A stretch of DNA of 64,000 bases from Anaeromyxobacteraceae bacterium. Lineage in GTDB: Bacteria > Myxococcota > Myxococcia > Myxococcales > Anaeromyxobacteraceae. The stretch lies in contig JAULAX010000018.1 in assembly GCA_032654565.1 (NCBI GenBank), positions 160,001-224,000 on the forward strand, written 5' to 3'. The position numbers and the translations under genes were made by a program. Positions 41,316 through 54,687 of the stretch are shown in pieces (position 1 is the stretch's first letter; each line of letters begins with the position of its first letter). The notes beneath the pieces are model-generated. The model made no database searches. It was not told the origin of the DNA and was given only the letters and a program-made list of their open reading frames with translations.

Positions 41316-44272
41316 GCCTCCCCATCTTTGGACAGTCCCCCGCCGGCGCGCCGGCGAGCCCCCGCTGGCGCAGCCTGGCCGAGCGGGACGGCACCGTCGA
41401 TCCGGCGGCCGGCCTCTACCCCGACGGCGAGGAGCCGGCGCCGGAGGGCTTCTCCCGCCGCTCCTTCCTGCAGATCCTCGGCGCCTCCACGGCGCTGGCC
41501 ACGCTGGCGGCCTGCAAGCCGCCGCGCGAGCAGGTGGTGGCCTACGTCAAGCGCCCGGTCGGCGTCACCCCGAGCGTGGCCTCGCACTACGCCTCGGCGG
41601 TCTCGCGGGGCGGCTACGGCGTGGGCGTGGTGGTGGAGAGCCACGAGGGACGCCCCACCAAGATGGAGGGCAACCCCGGCCACCCGGCCAGCCTGGGCGG
41701 GGCCGGACTGCACGAGCTGGCCACCATCCTCGATCTCTACGATCCCAATCGCCTGTCGGGCGTTCGCCGCCACGGCCAGCCGGTGGCCTGGGGGGCCTTC
41801 CTCGGCGAGCTCTCGGTGATGGCCGGGGTGCTGGCCCAGGACGGCGGCGCCCGCCTGCGGGTGCTGGCCGAGCCGACCAGCTCGCCGGCCGAGGCCGACC
41901 TGCGCGCCCGGCTGCTGGCCCGCTTCCCCAGGGCCCGCATCGACAGCTGGGGGCCCATCGCCGACGACGCCGCCCGCGAAGGGACCCGGGTGGCCTTCGG
42001 CCGCCCGCTCGACCCCGAGCTCCGGCTGGTGGGGGCCGACGTGGTCCTCTCCCTCGACGCAGACTTCCTCGCCACCGAGGGCGACCACCTGCGCCACGCC
42101 CGCGACTTCGCCAGCCGGCGCGGCCAGCCCACCGGGATAAACCGGCTCTACGTGGCCGAGGCCAGCTTCACGGTCACCGGCGGCGCCGCCGATCACCGGC
42201 TGCGCATGCGCGCCTCGGAGGTGCTCGGCTTCGGCCGGGCGGTGGCGGCGGCCCTGGCCTCAGGCCACGGCCTCACCCAGCTGGCCGGGCTCGGCGCCCC
42301 GCTGGCCGGACCGCGCGGCAGGCAGGCCACCGTGGTGGCGGCCGACCTGGCCCGGGTCCGCGGCCGCGGCCTGGTGGTGGCCGGTCGGCGGCAGCCGGCG
42401 GCGGTCCACGCCCTGGCGGCTGCCCTCAACGAGGCGCTCGGCAACGCCGGCGCCACCGTGGTCTACCGCGAGTCGGCGCTGCTCGACCCGGCCAGCGGCC
42501 CGGACCGGCTGGCGGCGCTGGCCGCCGAGCTGCGCGCCGGCCAGGTGGACACGCTGGTCATCACCGCCTGGAACCCGGTCTACACCGCGCCCGCCGACCT
42601 CGACCTCGGCGCCCTGCTGGCCAGGGTGCCCAACGTCATCTACCTCGCCGCCACCGACGACGAGACCGCCCGCGCCGCCGGCGTGGTGGTGGCCGCGGCC
42701 CACCCGCTGGAGAGCTGGGGCGACCTGCGCGGCCGCGACGGCACCGCCTCCATCGTCCAGCCGCTGCTGTCGCCGCTGGTGGAGTGCGTCACCGGCCTCG
42801 ACCTGCTGGCCGCCTTCGTCGACCAGGGCCACCTGGGCGCCTGGCGGCTGGTGCGCGAGGGCTGGAAGGCGCGCGCCGGCGAGGCCGGCTTCGACCGGGC
42901 CTGGAGCGAGTGGCTGGCCTCCGGCGTGGTGACCGGCCGGTCCCTGGCCCCGGCGGCGCCGGTCAAGGCCGGGCTCGACCTGGCCCGGGTCTCCGCGGCG
43001 CTGCGGGCGGCCCCCGCCCCCGGCGCCGGGCTCGAGGCCGTCTTCGCCCCCGACGACAAGACGCTCGACGGCCGCTACGCCGGCAACGCCTGGCTGCAGG
43101 AGCTGCCCCACCCGGTCTCCAAGCTCACCTGGGACAACGCCGCCAGCCTCTCCCCGGCCACCGCGGCCCGCCTCGGCGTCAAGACCGGCAGCCAGGTGAC
43201 GCTGACCCTGCGCGGCCGCTCGCTGACCGCCGCGGTGCTGGTCCAGCCCGGCCACGCCGACGACTCGGTGACCCTGCCGCTCGGCTACGGCCGCAGCGTG
43301 GCCGGCCCGGCCGGTGCCGCGGTGGGCTTCAACGCCTACGCGCTGCGCGCCGCCGCCGCCCCCTGGATCGACGGCGGCCTGGAGCTCAAGGCCACCGGGA
43401 AGTCCCACGACCTGGCCCAGACCCAGGAGCACTTCTCCATGGAGGGGCGCTCCATCGCGCTCGCCTTCGACGTCGACAAGCTGGAGGCGGCGGCCCACGA
43501 GCTGGAGGAGCAGCGCGGCCCGCAGCCGTCGCTGCTGCCGCTCGTCGACTACGGCAAGGAGGAGTACCGCTGGGGCATGTCCATCGACCTCAGCAAGTGC
43601 ATCGGCTGCGGCGCCTGCACCCTGGCCTGCCAGGCCGAGAACAACATCCCGGTGGTGGGCAAGGAGCAGGTGCTCAACAGCCGCGAGATGCACTGGCTCC
43701 GCGTCGACCGCTACTACCAGGGCTCCGAGGCCGACCCCGAGACCGTCTCCCAGCCGCTGGCCTGCGTCCACTGCGAGCAGGCCCCCTGCGAGTACGTCTG
43801 CCCGGTCAACGCCACCGTCCACTCCGACGAGGGGTTGAACGAGATGGTCTACAACCGGTGCGTCGGCACCCGCTACTGCTCCAACAACTGCGCCTACAAG
43901 GTGCGGCGCTTCAACTACCTCGACTACCACAAGGCGGTCACCCCGCAGCTGAAGATGCTGCAGAACCCCGACGTCACCGTCCGGGCCACCGGGGTGATGG
44001 AGAAGTGCAGCTACTGCGTGCACCGCATCGAGCACGCCCGCATCGACGCCCGCGTCGCCGGCGTCAAGATCGGCGGCGACACGGTGGTCTCGGCCTGCCA
44101 GCAGGCCTGCCCGGCCCAGGCCATCGTCTTCGGCAACCTCAACGACCCCACCTCCCGGGTGGCGCGGGCCCAGCAGGGGGAGCGGCGCTACGACCTGCTC
44201 CACGAGCTCGGCACCCGCCCCCGCACCGCCTACCTGGCGCGGCTCAAGAACCCCAACCCGGAGCTGGCATGA
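41303..44272 (+). CDS. actB: Alternative complex III subunit B (molybdopterin-oxidoreductase-like fused to Fe-S domain)
   Basis: Tat motif SRRSFLQ with lipobox [14 protein letters not shown], and C-terminal [23 protein letters not shown] and EKCSYC clusters. Confidence 0.92.
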   Translation: MPSLGLPIFGQSPAGAPASPRWRSLAERDGTVDPAAGLYPDGEEPAPEGFSRRSFLQILGASTALATLAACKPPREQVVAYVKRPVGVTPSVASHYASAVSRGGYGVGVVVESHEGRPTKMEGNPGHPASLGGAGLHELATILDLYDPNRLSGVRRHGQPVAWGAFLGELSVMAGVLAQDGGARLRVLAEPTSSPAEADLRARLLARFPRARIDSWGPIADDAAREGTRVAFGRPLDPELRLVGADVVLSLDADFLATEGDHLRHARDFASRRGQPTGINRLYVAEASFTVTGGAADHRLRMRASEVLGFGRAVAAALASGHGLTQLAGLGAPLAGPRGRQATVVAADLARVRGRGLVVAGRRQPAAVHALAAALNEALGNAGATVVYRESALLDPASGPDRLAALAAELRAGQVDTLVITAWNPVYTAPADLDLGALLARVPNVIYLAATDDETARAAGVVVAAAHPLESWGDLRGRDGTASIVQPLLSPLVECVTGLDLLAAFVDQGHLGAWRLVREGWKARAGEAGFDRAWSEWLASGVVTGRSLAPAAPVKAGLDLARVSAALRAAPAPGAGLEAVFAPDDKTLDGRYAGNAWLQELPHPVSKLTWDNAASLSPATAARLGVKTGSQVTLTLRGRSLTAAVLVQPGHADDSVTLPLGYGRSVAGPAGAAVGFNAYALRAAAAPWIDGGLELKATGKSHDLAQTQEHFSMEGRSIALAFDVDKLEAAAHELEEQRGPQPSLLPLVDYGKEEYRWGMSIDLSKCIGCGACTLACQAENNIPVVGKEQVLNSREMHWLRVDRYYQGSEADPETVSQPLACVHCEQAPCEYVCPVNATVHSDEGLNEMVYNRCVGTRYCSNNCAYKVRRFNYLDYHKAVTPQLKMLQNPDVTVRATGVMEKCSYCVHRIEHARIDARVAGVKIGGDTVVSACQQACPAQAIVFGNLNDPTSRVARAQQGERRYDLLHELGTRPRTAYLARLKNPNPELA

Positions 44273-45690
44273 GCTCGAAGCCCGCCACCGCCGCCGTCCT
44301 CGACCCGCTGGAGCCGGTCCCGGTCCTGGTGGGGCGCCCCGACGACCGGGCCCTCACCGAGGCGCTGCTCAAGCCGCTCTACGCCCCCACCACCCGCGGC
44401 TGGAAGCTGCTGATCACCGCGCTGGCCGCCGGCACCGGCTTCTGGCTGCTCTCGCTGGCCACCACCCTGGTGGTCGGCATCGGCGCCTGGGGCAACAACA
44501 TCCCGGTGGCCTGGGCCTTCGACATCACCAACTTCGTCTGGTGGATCGGCATCGGCCACGCCGGCACGCTGATCAGCGCCATCCTCCTCCTCTTCCAGCA
44601 GAAGTGGCGCACCTCGATCAACCGCTTCGCCGAGGCCATGACCCTGTTCGCGGTGGCCATGGCCGGCATCTACCCCATCATCCACCTCGGCCGCCCCTGG
44701 TTCTTCTGGTGGCTGATGCCGTACCCGGCCACCACCCAGCTCTGGCCCAACTTCAAGAGCGCGCTGCCGTGGGACGTCTTCGCCATCTCCACCTACGCCA
44801 CCGTCTCCTTCCTCTTCTGGTACATCGGGCTCATCCCCGACCTGGCCACGCTGCGCGACACCGCCCCCACCCGGCTGAAGCGGACCATCTACGGCCTCTT
44901 CGCCTTCGGCTGGCGCGGCTCGGCCCGGGCCTGGCAGCACTACCGCATCGGCTACCTGCTGATGGCCGGGCTGGGCACGCCGCTGGTGGTCTCGGTGCAC
45001 ACCATCGTCAGCTTCGACTTCGCCATCTCCCAGCTGCCCGGCTGGCACACCACCATCTTCCCGCCCTACTTCGTGGCCGGCGCCATCTTCTCCGGCTTCG
45101 CCATGGTGGTGACGCTGATGATCCCGGCCCGGAAGATCCTCGGGATCGAGGACGTCATCACCATGAAGCACCTCGACAACATGGCCAAGGTCATCCTGGC
45201 CACCGGGATGATGGTCTCCTACGGCTACGCCATGGAGCACTTCATGGCCTGGTACGGCGGAAACAAGTACGAGGCCTTCGCCTTCATCAACCGCTGGACC
45301 GGCCCCTACGCCCCGGTCTGGTACATGCAGCTCTTCTGCAACGTGCTGGCGCCGCAGGTCTTCTGGTTCCCGTCGCTGCGCCGCAACCTCAAGGTGCTCT
45401 TCCTGGTCTCCATCCTCGTCAACATCGGCATGTGGGCGGAGCGCTTCATCATCATCGCCGTCTCGCTGCACCGCGACTTCATCCCCTCCAGCTGGGCCAT
45501 GTACTCGCCCACCTGGGTGGACTGGGGGCTGCTCTTCGGCTCGATGTGCACCTTCGGCGTGCTCTTCCTGCTCTTCCTGCGCTTCCTCCCGGTCATCCCC
45601 ATCGCCGAGGTCAAGGAGCTGCGCCGCGAGCTGGATCACCTCGACGCCCAGGCGGCCGGCCACGGCGCCACCGGGGAGGGGACGCCGTGA
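44269..45690 (+). CDS. actC: Alternative complex III quinol-binding NrfD-family subunit
   Basis: [30 protein letters not shown] and [10 protein letters not shown] motifs. Confidence 0.93.
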   Translation: MSSKPATAAVLDPLEPVPVLVGRPDDRALTEALLKPLYAPTTRGWKLLITALAAGTGFWLLSLATTLVVGIGAWGNNIPVAWAFDITNFVWWIGIGHAGTLISAILLLFQQKWRTSINRFAEAMTLFAVAMAGIYPIIHLGRPWFFWWLMPYPATTQLWPNFKSALPWDVFAISTYATVSFLFWYIGLIPDLATLRDTAPTRLKRTIYGLFAFGWRGSARAWQHYRIGYLLMAGLGTPLVVSVHTIVSFDFAISQLPGWHTTIFPPYFVAGAIFSGFAMVVTLMIPARKILGIEDVITMKHLDNMAKVILATGMMVSYGYAMEHFMAWYGGNKYEAFAFINRWTGPYAPVWYMQLFCNVLAPQVFWFPSLRRNLKVLFLVSILVNIGMWAERFIIIAVSLHRDFIPSSWAMYSPTWVDWGLLFGSMCTFGVLFLLFLRFLPVIPIAEVKELRRELDHLDAQAAGHGATGEGTP

Positions 45691-46211
45691 GGAGCTACGT
45701 GGTCGCCGAGTTCGCCGCCGAGGGGCCGCTGCTGGCGGCGGCCCGCGCGCTGCGCGCCGAGGGGCAGGCCGAGCTCGACCTCCACTCGCCGGTGCCGCTG
45801 CACGGCTCCGACGAGGCGCTGGGGCTGAAGAAGTCGATCGTGCCGCGCCTGGCGCTGGTGGCCGGGCTGACCGGGGCCGTCACCGGCTACCTGATGCAGT
45901 GGTTCATGGTGGGGCTGGCCTGGCCCATCAACGTCGGCGGCCGCCCGCCGCACAGCCCGCCCGCCTTCATCCCGGTCACCTTCGAGCTGGGCATCCTCTT
46001 CGCCGCGCTCACCATCTTCTTCGGGCTCTTCAAGCTGTGGGGCATGCCCCGGCTGCACCACCCGGTCTTCGAGGTGGAGGCCTTCCGCAGCGCCTCGGTG
46101 GACGGTCTCTGGCTCTCCGCGGTGGTGAGCCCCGCCGAGGCCGCCGCCACGGCGGCGCGGCTGCGCGCCCTGGGCGCCCGCCAGGTCGAGATCGTGGAGG
46201 ACGCCTCGTGA
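45687..46211 (+). CDS. actD: Alternative complex III subunit D (DUF3341)
   Basis: [15 protein letters not shown] and [10 protein letters not shown] motifs. Confidence 0.88.
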   Translation: MRSYVVAEFAAEGPLLAAARALRAEGQAELDLHSPVPLHGSDEALGLKKSIVPRLALVAGLTGAVTGYLMQWFMVGLAWPINVGGRPPHSPPAFIPVTFELGILFAALTIFFGLFKLWGMPRLHHPVFEVEAFRSASVDGLWLSAVVSPAEAAATAARLRALGARQVEIVEDAS

Positions 46212-46783
46212 GCCGCCGCCACCTCGCCCTGCTCCTCCCCGTGGCCCTGCTGGCCGGCTGCCCGGCCTGGGACCCCATGCAGCGCCAGGCCAAGTACAAG
46301 GCCTACCAGTCGAGCGAGTTCCACCCCGACGGCCTGGCCATGCGCACCCCGCCGGCCGGCACCGTCCCCTACGGCTCGGTGGGCGATCCCGCGGTGCAGG
46401 CCGGCGTCGGCCCGGACGGCAAGCCGCTGCCGCTGGCGCCGGTGCCGCTCACCCCGCAGCTGCTGGCGACCGGGCGGAAGAAGTTCGACATCCACTGCGC
46501 CGTCTGCCACGGCCTGGTCGGCGACGGCCAGAGCCAGGTGGCGCTCAACATGTCGCTGCGCAAGCCGCCCGACCTGCACCGCTACCGCGACGTGGCCGAC
46601 GGCTACCTCTTCCAGGTCATCTCCCAGGGGTTCGGCCTGATGCCCGGCTACGCCGGCGACCTCACCCCCGAGGAGCGCTGGGGCGTGGTCGGGTACGTCC
46701 GGGCCCTGCAGCTCTCGCAGCACGCCAGCGCCGCCCAGGTGCCCCCCGAGACCCTGCAGAAGCTCCAAGGAGACGTCCGATGA
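46208..46783 (+). CDS. actE: Alternative complex III monoheme cytochrome c lipoprotein
   Basis: Lipobox LAGC, CAVCHG and a distal Met. Confidence 0.88.
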   Translation: MSRRHLALLLPVALLAGCPAWDPMQRQAKYKAYQSSEFHPDGLAMRTPPAGTVPYGSVGDPAVQAGVGPDGKPLPLAPVPLTPQLLATGRKKFDIHCAVCHGLVGDGQSQVALNMSLRKPPDLHRYRDVADGYLFQVISQGFGLMPGYAGDLTPEERWGVVGYVRALQLSQHASAAQVPPETLQKLQGDVR

Positions 46784-47961
46784 CCGCCACGCCGTTCCAG
46801 GGCGGCCGCCGCCTCGTCACCCTCGCCGGGATCGTCGGCGCCGCCGGGCTGGGCCTGACGGCGCTGGGGGGGCTCGCCGATCCGCGCCAGGCGCTGGCCT
46901 CCTACCTGGTGGCCTTCGTCTACTGGGTGGGCATCGCCGTGGGCGCCCTGGTGCTGCTCGGGGCCCTGCACGCCGCCAAGGCCCGCTGGCCGGTGGTGCT
47001 GCGCCGCTTCCTCGAGACCATCCCCCAGACCCTGCCGCTCTTCGCGCTGCTCTTCCTCCCCATCGCCCTCGGCCTGCGCCACCTCTTCGCCTGGGTCGAC
47101 CCCTCCGGCGCCACCGGCGAGCTGCTCCACGCCATCGAGCACAAGCGCCCCTACCTGAACGTGCCGTTCTTCCTGGCCCGGGCCGCCTTCTACTTCGCCG
47201 TCTGGATCACCGTGGCCACGCTGCTGCGCCGCTGGAGCGTCCGCCAGGACTCCGAAGGCGGCCACCAGCTCACCGCCTGGCAGCGCCGCCTCGGCACCGG
47301 GGCGCTCCCGCTCCTGGCGCTGACCCTCTCCTTCGCCTCCTTCGACTGGATGATGTCGCTCGACCCGCGCTTCTTCTCCACCATCTTCGGGGTCTACTGG
47401 TTCGCCGGCAGCTTCCTGGCCTGCTTCGCGGTGCTGATCATCGCCGCCGCCGCCACCCGCGCCGACCCCGGCCAGTTCGGCCATCACCTCAACGTCGACC
47501 ACGTCCACTCGCTGGGGAAGTTCCTGCTCGCCTTCACCGCCTTCTGGGCCTACATCGGCTTCTCCCAGTTCATGCTGATCTGGATCGCCAACATCCCCGA
47601 GGAGATCCCCTGGTACGTGGTCCGCACCGACTCGCCCTGGGGGCGGGTGGGGATCTTCCTGGCGGTGGCCCACTTCGCCGTCCCCTTCTTCCTGCTCCTC
47701 TCCCGCGAGCTGAAGCGCGACCCGCGCCGGCTGGCCGCGGTGGCCGCCTGGATCCTGCTGGTCCACTTCGTCGACCTGCACTGGGTGATCATGCCCCGCA
47801 TCCACGAGGCCGGGCCGCGCCTCTCCTGGCTCGACCTCACCGCCTTCGTCGGCGTCGGCGGGGTGGCCCTGGCCTTCCTGGTCTTCCGCATGCGCGGCGT
47901 CGCCACCGTGCCGGTCCGCGATCCCTACCTGGAGGAGTCGCTGAGGTACCAGCCGCAATGA
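46780..47961 (+). CDS. actF: Alternative complex III subunit F
   Basis: DWMMSLDP, LGKFL and YIGFSQFMLIWIANIPEE motifs; multi-TM. Confidence 0.88.
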   Translation: MTATPFQGGRRLVTLAGIVGAAGLGLTALGGLADPRQALASYLVAFVYWVGIAVGALVLLGALHAAKARWPVVLRRFLETIPQTLPLFALLFLPIALGLRHLFAWVDPSGATGELLHAIEHKRPYLNVPFFLARAAFYFAVWITVATLLRRWSVRQDSEGGHQLTAWQRRLGTGALPLLALTLSFASFDWMMSLDPRFFSTIFGVYWFAGSFLACFAVLIIAAAATRADPGQFGHHLNVDHVHSLGKFLLAFTAFWAYIGFSQFMLIWIANIPEEIPWYVVRTDSPWGRVGIFLAVAHFAVPFFLLLSRELKRDPRRLAAVAAWILLVHFVDLHWVIMPRIHEAGPRLSWLDLTAFVGVGGVALAFLVFRMRGVATVPVRDPYLEESLRYQPQ

Positions 47962-48455
47962 GCCACCCCCACGACAGCGGCGCCCACCCGCGCGCCGAGA
48001 ACGATCGCGTCGACTCCCGCTCCGTCCTGATGGTCGGCTTCGGCGCCCTGGCCATCTTCATCCTGGCCGGGGCCGGGGCCGTGACCTGGATCCGCCACAG
48101 CAACGCGGTGACGCCGCAGGCCGCCCTGCCGCCCGAGGTCGGGCAGTCCAAGATCGGGCTGGTGGAGCAGCAGCTCTTCGACACCACCCTGCGCGGCGCC
48201 CGCGACGCGGCGGCGCGCCGGGCCCACCTCGACGGCACCGGCTGGGTCGATCGCCAGGCCGGCGTGCTCCACATCCCCATCGCCCAGGCCATGGCCCTGG
48301 TGGCCGAGGGGGTCCGCGTCCCCGCCGGCGAGGGGCCGCCGCCGCCGGCCATCGGCGCCGCCAACGGAGGGGCCGACGCCCCCGGGGCCACGCCGCCCGC
48401 CGCCCCGGGCGCCGCCGCGGCGCTCCCCGCCCCAGGCGGAAGGAAGCGCCCGTGA
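47958..48455 (+). CDS. ActG-like small membrane protein
   Basis: Single TM and GWVDRQAGVLHIPIAQAM; sits between actF and the SCO gene. Confidence 0.65.
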   Translation: MSHPHDSGAHPRAENDRVDSRSVLMVGFGALAIFILAGAGAVTWIRHSNAVTPQAALPPEVGQSKIGLVEQQLFDTTLRGARDAAARRAHLDGTGWVDRQAGVLHIPIAQAMALVAEGVRVPAGEGPPPPAIGAANGGADAPGATPPAAPGAAAALPAPGGRKRP

Positions 48456-49312
48456 CCCGCGCGCCTCGCCTCGCCGCCGCCGCCGCCCTGGCCGGCCTGC
48501 TCGCCCTGGCCGGGCCGGCCCGCGCCGACTTCTGGAAGTCGAAGGGGATGGCGGCCACCTCCCCGGTCGACGTCGCCCCCGCGGTGCTCGACGAGGTGCG
48601 CGTCGACGAGCAGCTCGGCGCCCAGCTCCCGCTCGACGCCACCTTCACCGACGCCGCCGGCCAGCCGGTCCGGCTCGGCTCGGTCTTCGGCCAGGGCAAG
48701 CCGGTGGTGCTGGCGCTGGTCTACTACGACTGCCCCATGCTCTGCGGCCTGATCCAGTCGGGCATGGCCCGCGCCATGCGCGAGAACGGGCTGGAGCTGG
48801 GGCGCGACTTCAGCGCGCTCACCATCTCCTTCGATCCCGAGGAGAAGCCGGCGCAGGCCCGCGAGCGGCAGCGCGGCTACCTGCAGTCGATCGGCCTGAC
48901 CGAGGACTCCGGGGGCTGGCGCTTCTGGGTGGACCGGGCCGGGGCCTCGAGGCGGGTGGCCGACACCGTCGGCTTCCACTACGCCAAGGACGCCGCCACC
49001 GGCGAGTGGGCCCACATGGCCTCGATCTTCGTCCTCACCCCCGACGGCAAGGTCTCCCGCTACCTCTACGGCATCGACTTCCCACCCAAGGACTTCCGCC
49101 TCTCGCTGGTCGAGGCCGCCGGCGGCCGGGTCGGCACCAGCTTCGACAAGCTCATCCTCACCTGCTTCCGCTACGACCCCGCCTCGCGCAAGTACCAGCC
49201 CTTCGCCTTCGGCCTGCTGCGGCTGGGCGGCGGGGTGGCCATGGTGGCGCTGGCTGGCTTGATCGCCGGGCTGCTCTGGCGGGAGCGCAGGAAGGCCAGG
49301 CCGACGGCATGA
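48452..49312 (+). CDS. SCO/SenC-family copper chaperone
   Basis: YYDCPMLC (CxxxC), conserved His, RYLYG and a C-terminal TM. Confidence 0.88.
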   Translation: MTRAPRLAAAAALAGLLALAGPARADFWKSKGMAATSPVDVAPAVLDEVRVDEQLGAQLPLDATFTDAAGQPVRLGSVFGQGKPVVLALVYYDCPMLCGLIQSGMARAMRENGLELGRDFSALTISFDPEEKPAQARERQRGYLQSIGLTEDSGGWRFWVDRAGASRRVADTVGFHYAKDAATGEWAHMASIFVLTPDGKVSRYLYGIDFPPKDFRLSLVEAAGGRVGTSFDKLILTCFRYDPASRKYQPFAFGLLRLGGGVAMVALAGLIAGLLWRERRKARPTA

Positions 49313-50338
49313 ACGACCTCCTCCGCAGGCTGCTCTTCCTCCCCACCCAGCTGTCGGAGCACGCTCGCGACGTCGACGGGCTCCACTTCTTCGTGGTGGT
49401 CACCACCATGGTGGCCGGGCTGCTCATCTTCGCCACCGCGCTGGCCTTCATGATCCGCTACCGGCGGCGCTCCGAGGGCGAGACCACCCCCGAGGTGCAG
49501 CCCAAGCACTGGCACGAGGCGGTCTTCGTCGGCGTGCCGCTGGCCTTCTTCCTGCTCTGGTTCGCCATCGGCTACCCCCAGTTCGTGGAGACCACCCAGC
49601 CGCCCCCCGGGGCCATGGACGTCTTCGTGCAGGGCAAGAAGTGGATGTGGAAGTTCGCCTACCAGGGCGGCCCGTCGTCGCTCGACGTGCTGCGGGTGCC
49701 GGTGGGCCGGCCGGTGCGGCTGCTCATCACCTCGCGCGACGTCATCCACTCCTTCTACGTGCCGGAGCTGCGGCTCAAGCTCGACGCCCTGCCGGGCCGC
49801 TACACCCAGACCTGGTTCCAGCCGGAGGTGGCGGGCCGCTACCAGGTCTTCTGCGCCGAGTACTGCGGCCTCTCCCACTCCGGGATGCTGGCCGAGCTGG
49901 TGGTGATGCCGGCCGCCGAGTTCGACGCCTGGATCGCCGACCAGCGTCGCGGCGAGGCCCGCGCCCAGGACGCCGCGCTCACCGCCGGCGAGCAGGGCCT
50001 GCCCGGCTCCTCGATCCTGGAGCAGGGGCGCCGCGTCGCCGCCGACCAGGGCTGCCTCAAGTGCCACTCGGTGGACGGCTCCCGGCACATCGGGCCGACC
50101 TTCATCGACCTGTACGGCCGCAAGGAGAAGCTCACCACCGGCGAGGTGGTCGTCGCCGACGAGGCCTACCTGACCCGGTCGATGATGGACCCGGCCGCCC
50201 AGCTGGTGGCCGGCTTCCAGAACGTCATGCCGAGCTTCCAGGGGCGGATGTCGCCCCCCGAGGTGGCCTCGGTCGTCGAGTACATCAAGTCGCTCAAGAC
50301 CCCGGCCGTCTCCGCCGGGCCGTCGGAGGGCCCGGTCT

Positions 50339-50361
<23 letters not shown>
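49309..50361 (+). CDS. coxB: Cytochrome c oxidase subunit II with fused cytochrome c (caa3 type)
   Basis: DVIHSF, CuA motif CAEYCGLSHSGM and C-terminal CLKCH. Confidence 0.93.
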
Positions 50362-51989
<1,628 letters not shown>

Positions 51990-51997
<8 letters not shown>

Positions 51998-52613
51998 CGC
52001 CGTCGCCCACCACTTCGAGAGCCTGGAGAAGCAGGGCCAGGCCCAGCGGCTCGGCATGTGGCTCTTCCTGGCCACCGAGGTGCTGCTCTTCACGGCGCTC
52101 TTCGCCGCCTACGGTGTCTATCGCTACCTCTACACCGAGGCCTTCGCGCAGGCCTCCCGCGGGCTGGAGACCTGGCTGGGCGGCGTCAACACCTTCGTGC
52201 TGGTGACCAGCTCCTTCACCGTGGCCATGGGGCTGGACGCCATCGTCAAGGGGAAGAACCGGCGCACCGCGCTGCTCTTCGGCCTCTCCATCCTGATGGG
52301 CTGCGTCTTCATGGTGCTCAAGGGGATCGAGTACCGCCACCACTTCCTGCACGCCGAGCTCCCCGGCCAGTTCTACGGCGGGCCCATCGCCGGCTCGGGC
52401 GGGTCGATGTTCTTCGCCCTCTACTTCCTCATCACCGGGCTCCACGCCTTCCACGTGGTGGTGGGCATGACGGTGCTGGGGGTGATCGGGGCCCGGGCCT
52501 GGATGGGCAAGTACGACGCGCAGTACCACGTGCCGGTGGAGCTGGCGGGGCTCTACTGGCACCTCGTCGACCTGATCTGGATCTTCGTCTTCCCGCTCAT
52601 CTACCTGATCTGA
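51990..52613 (+). CDS. coxC: Cytochrome c oxidase subunit III
   Basis: GMWLFLATE, TGLHAFHV and YWHLVD motifs. Confidence 0.92.
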
Positions 52614-52627
52614 ACCGGAGCGACCCG

Positions 52628-53041
52628 ATGTCCGAACACAGCAGCGCCGCCGCCGCCACCGCCCACTCGCACGCCGGGCGCTACCTGGTGGTCTGGGCGG
52701 CGCTCATGGCGCTCACCGCGCTCACCTGGGGGCTCTCCACGGTCCACGTCACCGGCTTCGGCGGGGTGGCGCTGGCGCTCGGCATCGCCACCGTCAAGGG
52801 GACGCTGGTGGCGCTCTTCTTCATGCACCTCTGGGACCAGCCCGGCCCCAACCGGCTGGTGCTGGTCACCTCGCTGATCTTCGTGGCCCTGCTCATCGCC
52901 TTGCCGCTGCTCGACAACGCCACCCGCTTCCCGCTGGCCAACCCGCCCGACGCCGAGACCGCGCCGCAGCGAATCCGCGACGCCATCCTCAACGACGCGC
53001 CGCCGCCGGCCACGGCCCACCCGGCCCCCGCCCACCCCTGA
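52628..53041 (+). CDS. Cytochrome c oxidase subunit IV
   Basis: Three TM helices with KGTLVALFFMHL; last gene of the operon. Confidence 0.85.
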   Translation: MSEHSSAAAATAHSHAGRYLVVWAALMALTALTWGLSTVHVTGFGGVALALGIATVKGTLVALFFMHLWDQPGPNRLVLVTSLIFVALLIALPLLDNATRFPLANPPDAETAPQRIRDAILNDAPPPATAHPAPAHP

Positions 53042-53111
53042 TCCCGGCCCGGGCGGGTCGCCGCGCCGGGAGCGTGACAGCCCCCCGGCTTTGGCCGATG
53101 CTGGCGCCGCC

Positions 53112-54536
53112 ATGACCACCCCGGATCCGAAGGCCGAAGTCCGCCGCATCTTCGACGCCCAGGTCGCCAACCGCTGGGTCATCGCCTCCTCGACGGCAGA
53201 CCAGCGCATCGAGCGACTCACCCGGCTGCGGGCCGCCATGCAGGCGCGCCGGCTGGAGCTGCTGGAGGCCATCCACGCCGACTTCGGCAAGCAGGCGGTG
53301 GAGGCCGAGATGACCGAGCTGTTCCCGGTCATCGAGGAGGTGAACCTGGCCATCCACCAGCTGCGGCGCTGGATGAAGCCCCGCCGCGTCGGCACCCCGC
53401 TGCTCCTGCTCGGCTCGCGCAGCGAGGTCCGCTCCGAGGCCAAGGGGGTGGTGCTGCTGCTGGCCCCCTGGAACTACCCCTTCGGCCTGGCGCTCTGCCC
53501 GGTGGTGGCGGCGCTGGCCGCCGGCAACACCGTGATGCTCCGCCCCTCGGAGAAGACGCCGCGCACCGCCCGCTTCATCCGCGACCTGCTCGGCCGGGTC
53601 TTCCCGGAGAACGAGGTGGCGGTGCTGGTGGGGGATCGCTCGGTGGCCGACGCCCTGCTGGAGCTCCCCTTCGACCACATCCTCTTCACCGGCAGCGCCA
53701 GCGTCGGGCGCAAGGTGATGGCCGCCGCCGCCCGCCACCTGACCCCGGTGACCCTGGAGCTGGGCGGCAAGTCGCCGGTCTTCGTCGACCAGACCGCCGA
53801 CGTCGAGGTCGCCGCCGAGCGGCTGGCCTGGGCCAAGTTCGTCAACGCCGGGCAGACCTGCCTGGCCCCCGACTACGTGCTGGTGCACGAGTCGGTGGCG
53901 CCGCGGCTGGAGGTGGCGCTGCGCGCCGCCATCGAGCGGTTCTACGGCGCCGACGAGGAGACCCGGCTGCGCAGCGTCGACCTGGCCAGCCTGGTGGACT
54001 CGGCCTCGGCGGCGCGGCTGGCGAGGGCGGTGAAGGAGACGGTGGCGCGCGGCGCCCGGCTGGTGGTGGGCGGCGCGGTCGACGAGGCGGGGCGGCGCAT
54101 GTCGCCCACCGTGCTGGCCGACGTCGCCGAGGACAGCGCCATCATGGCCGAGGAGATCTTCGGCCCGGTGCTGCCGCTGCTCACCTACCGCGACCTCGGC
54201 GAGGCCATCCGGCGGGTCCAGGCGCGCCCCAAGCCGCTCGGCCTCTACATCTTCAGCCGGTCGGACCCGGCGGTGGAGCAGGTGCTCCGCGCCACCAGCG
54301 CCGGCGGCACCTGCGTGAACAACGCCTTGCTCCACTACGCCAACCCGTACCTGCCGTTCGGCGGTGTCGGCGAGAGCGGCATGGGGAGCTACCACGGCCG
54401 CTGGGGCTTCGAGGCCATGTCCCACACCCGGGCGGTGCTCCACCAGACCTTCTGGGCCAGCACCAAGCTGCTCTTCCCGCCCTACACCTCCAGGGTGGCC
54501 GGCTTCGTGGCCTTCCTGCGGCGCATCACCGGGTGA
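53112..54536 (+). CDS. Aldehyde dehydrogenase, class-3-like
   Basis: PWNYP, FTGS, LELGGKSP, AGQTC, EEIFGP and PFGGVGESG motifs. Confidence 0.93.
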   Translation: MTTPDPKAEVRRIFDAQVANRWVIASSTADQRIERLTRLRAAMQARRLELLEAIHADFGKQAVEAEMTELFPVIEEVNLAIHQLRRWMKPRRVGTPLLLLGSRSEVRSEAKGVVLLLAPWNYPFGLALCPVVAALAAGNTVMLRPSEKTPRTARFIRDLLGRVFPENEVAVLVGDRSVADALLELPFDHILFTGSASVGRKVMAAAARHLTPVTLELGGKSPVFVDQTADVEVAAERLAWAKFVNAGQTCLAPDYVLVHESVAPRLEVALRAAIERFYGADEETRLRSVDLASLVDSASAARLARAVKETVARGARLVVGGAVDEAGRRMSPTVLADVAEDSAIMAEEIFGPVLPLLTYRDLGEAIRRVQARPKPLGLYIFSRSDPAVEQVLRATSAGGTCVNNALLHYANPYLPFGGVGESGMGSYHGRWGFEAMSHTRAVLHQTFWASTKLLFPPYTSRVAGFVAFLRRITG

Positions 54537-54640
54537 TACCAGGCCCCGTCAGCCCCCCATTCGGGCGGGCAACGGATGCGCCTAAATTGCGCTGGCCGCA
54601 AGGAATGCGCCCCCACCTCACCGAATCGGCCTAAACTTGC

Positions 54641-54656
54641 CGGTACGCGGCTTGCT
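54641..54656 (+). promoter_or_regulatory. Sigma54 (-24/-12) promoter
   Basis: CGGTAC-GCGGC-TTGCT fits GG-N10-GC and ends 31 nt before ATG 54688. Confidence 0.7.
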
Positions 54657-54687
54657 AAGCGAACGGTGACAGGTGCCGCCGGCCTCC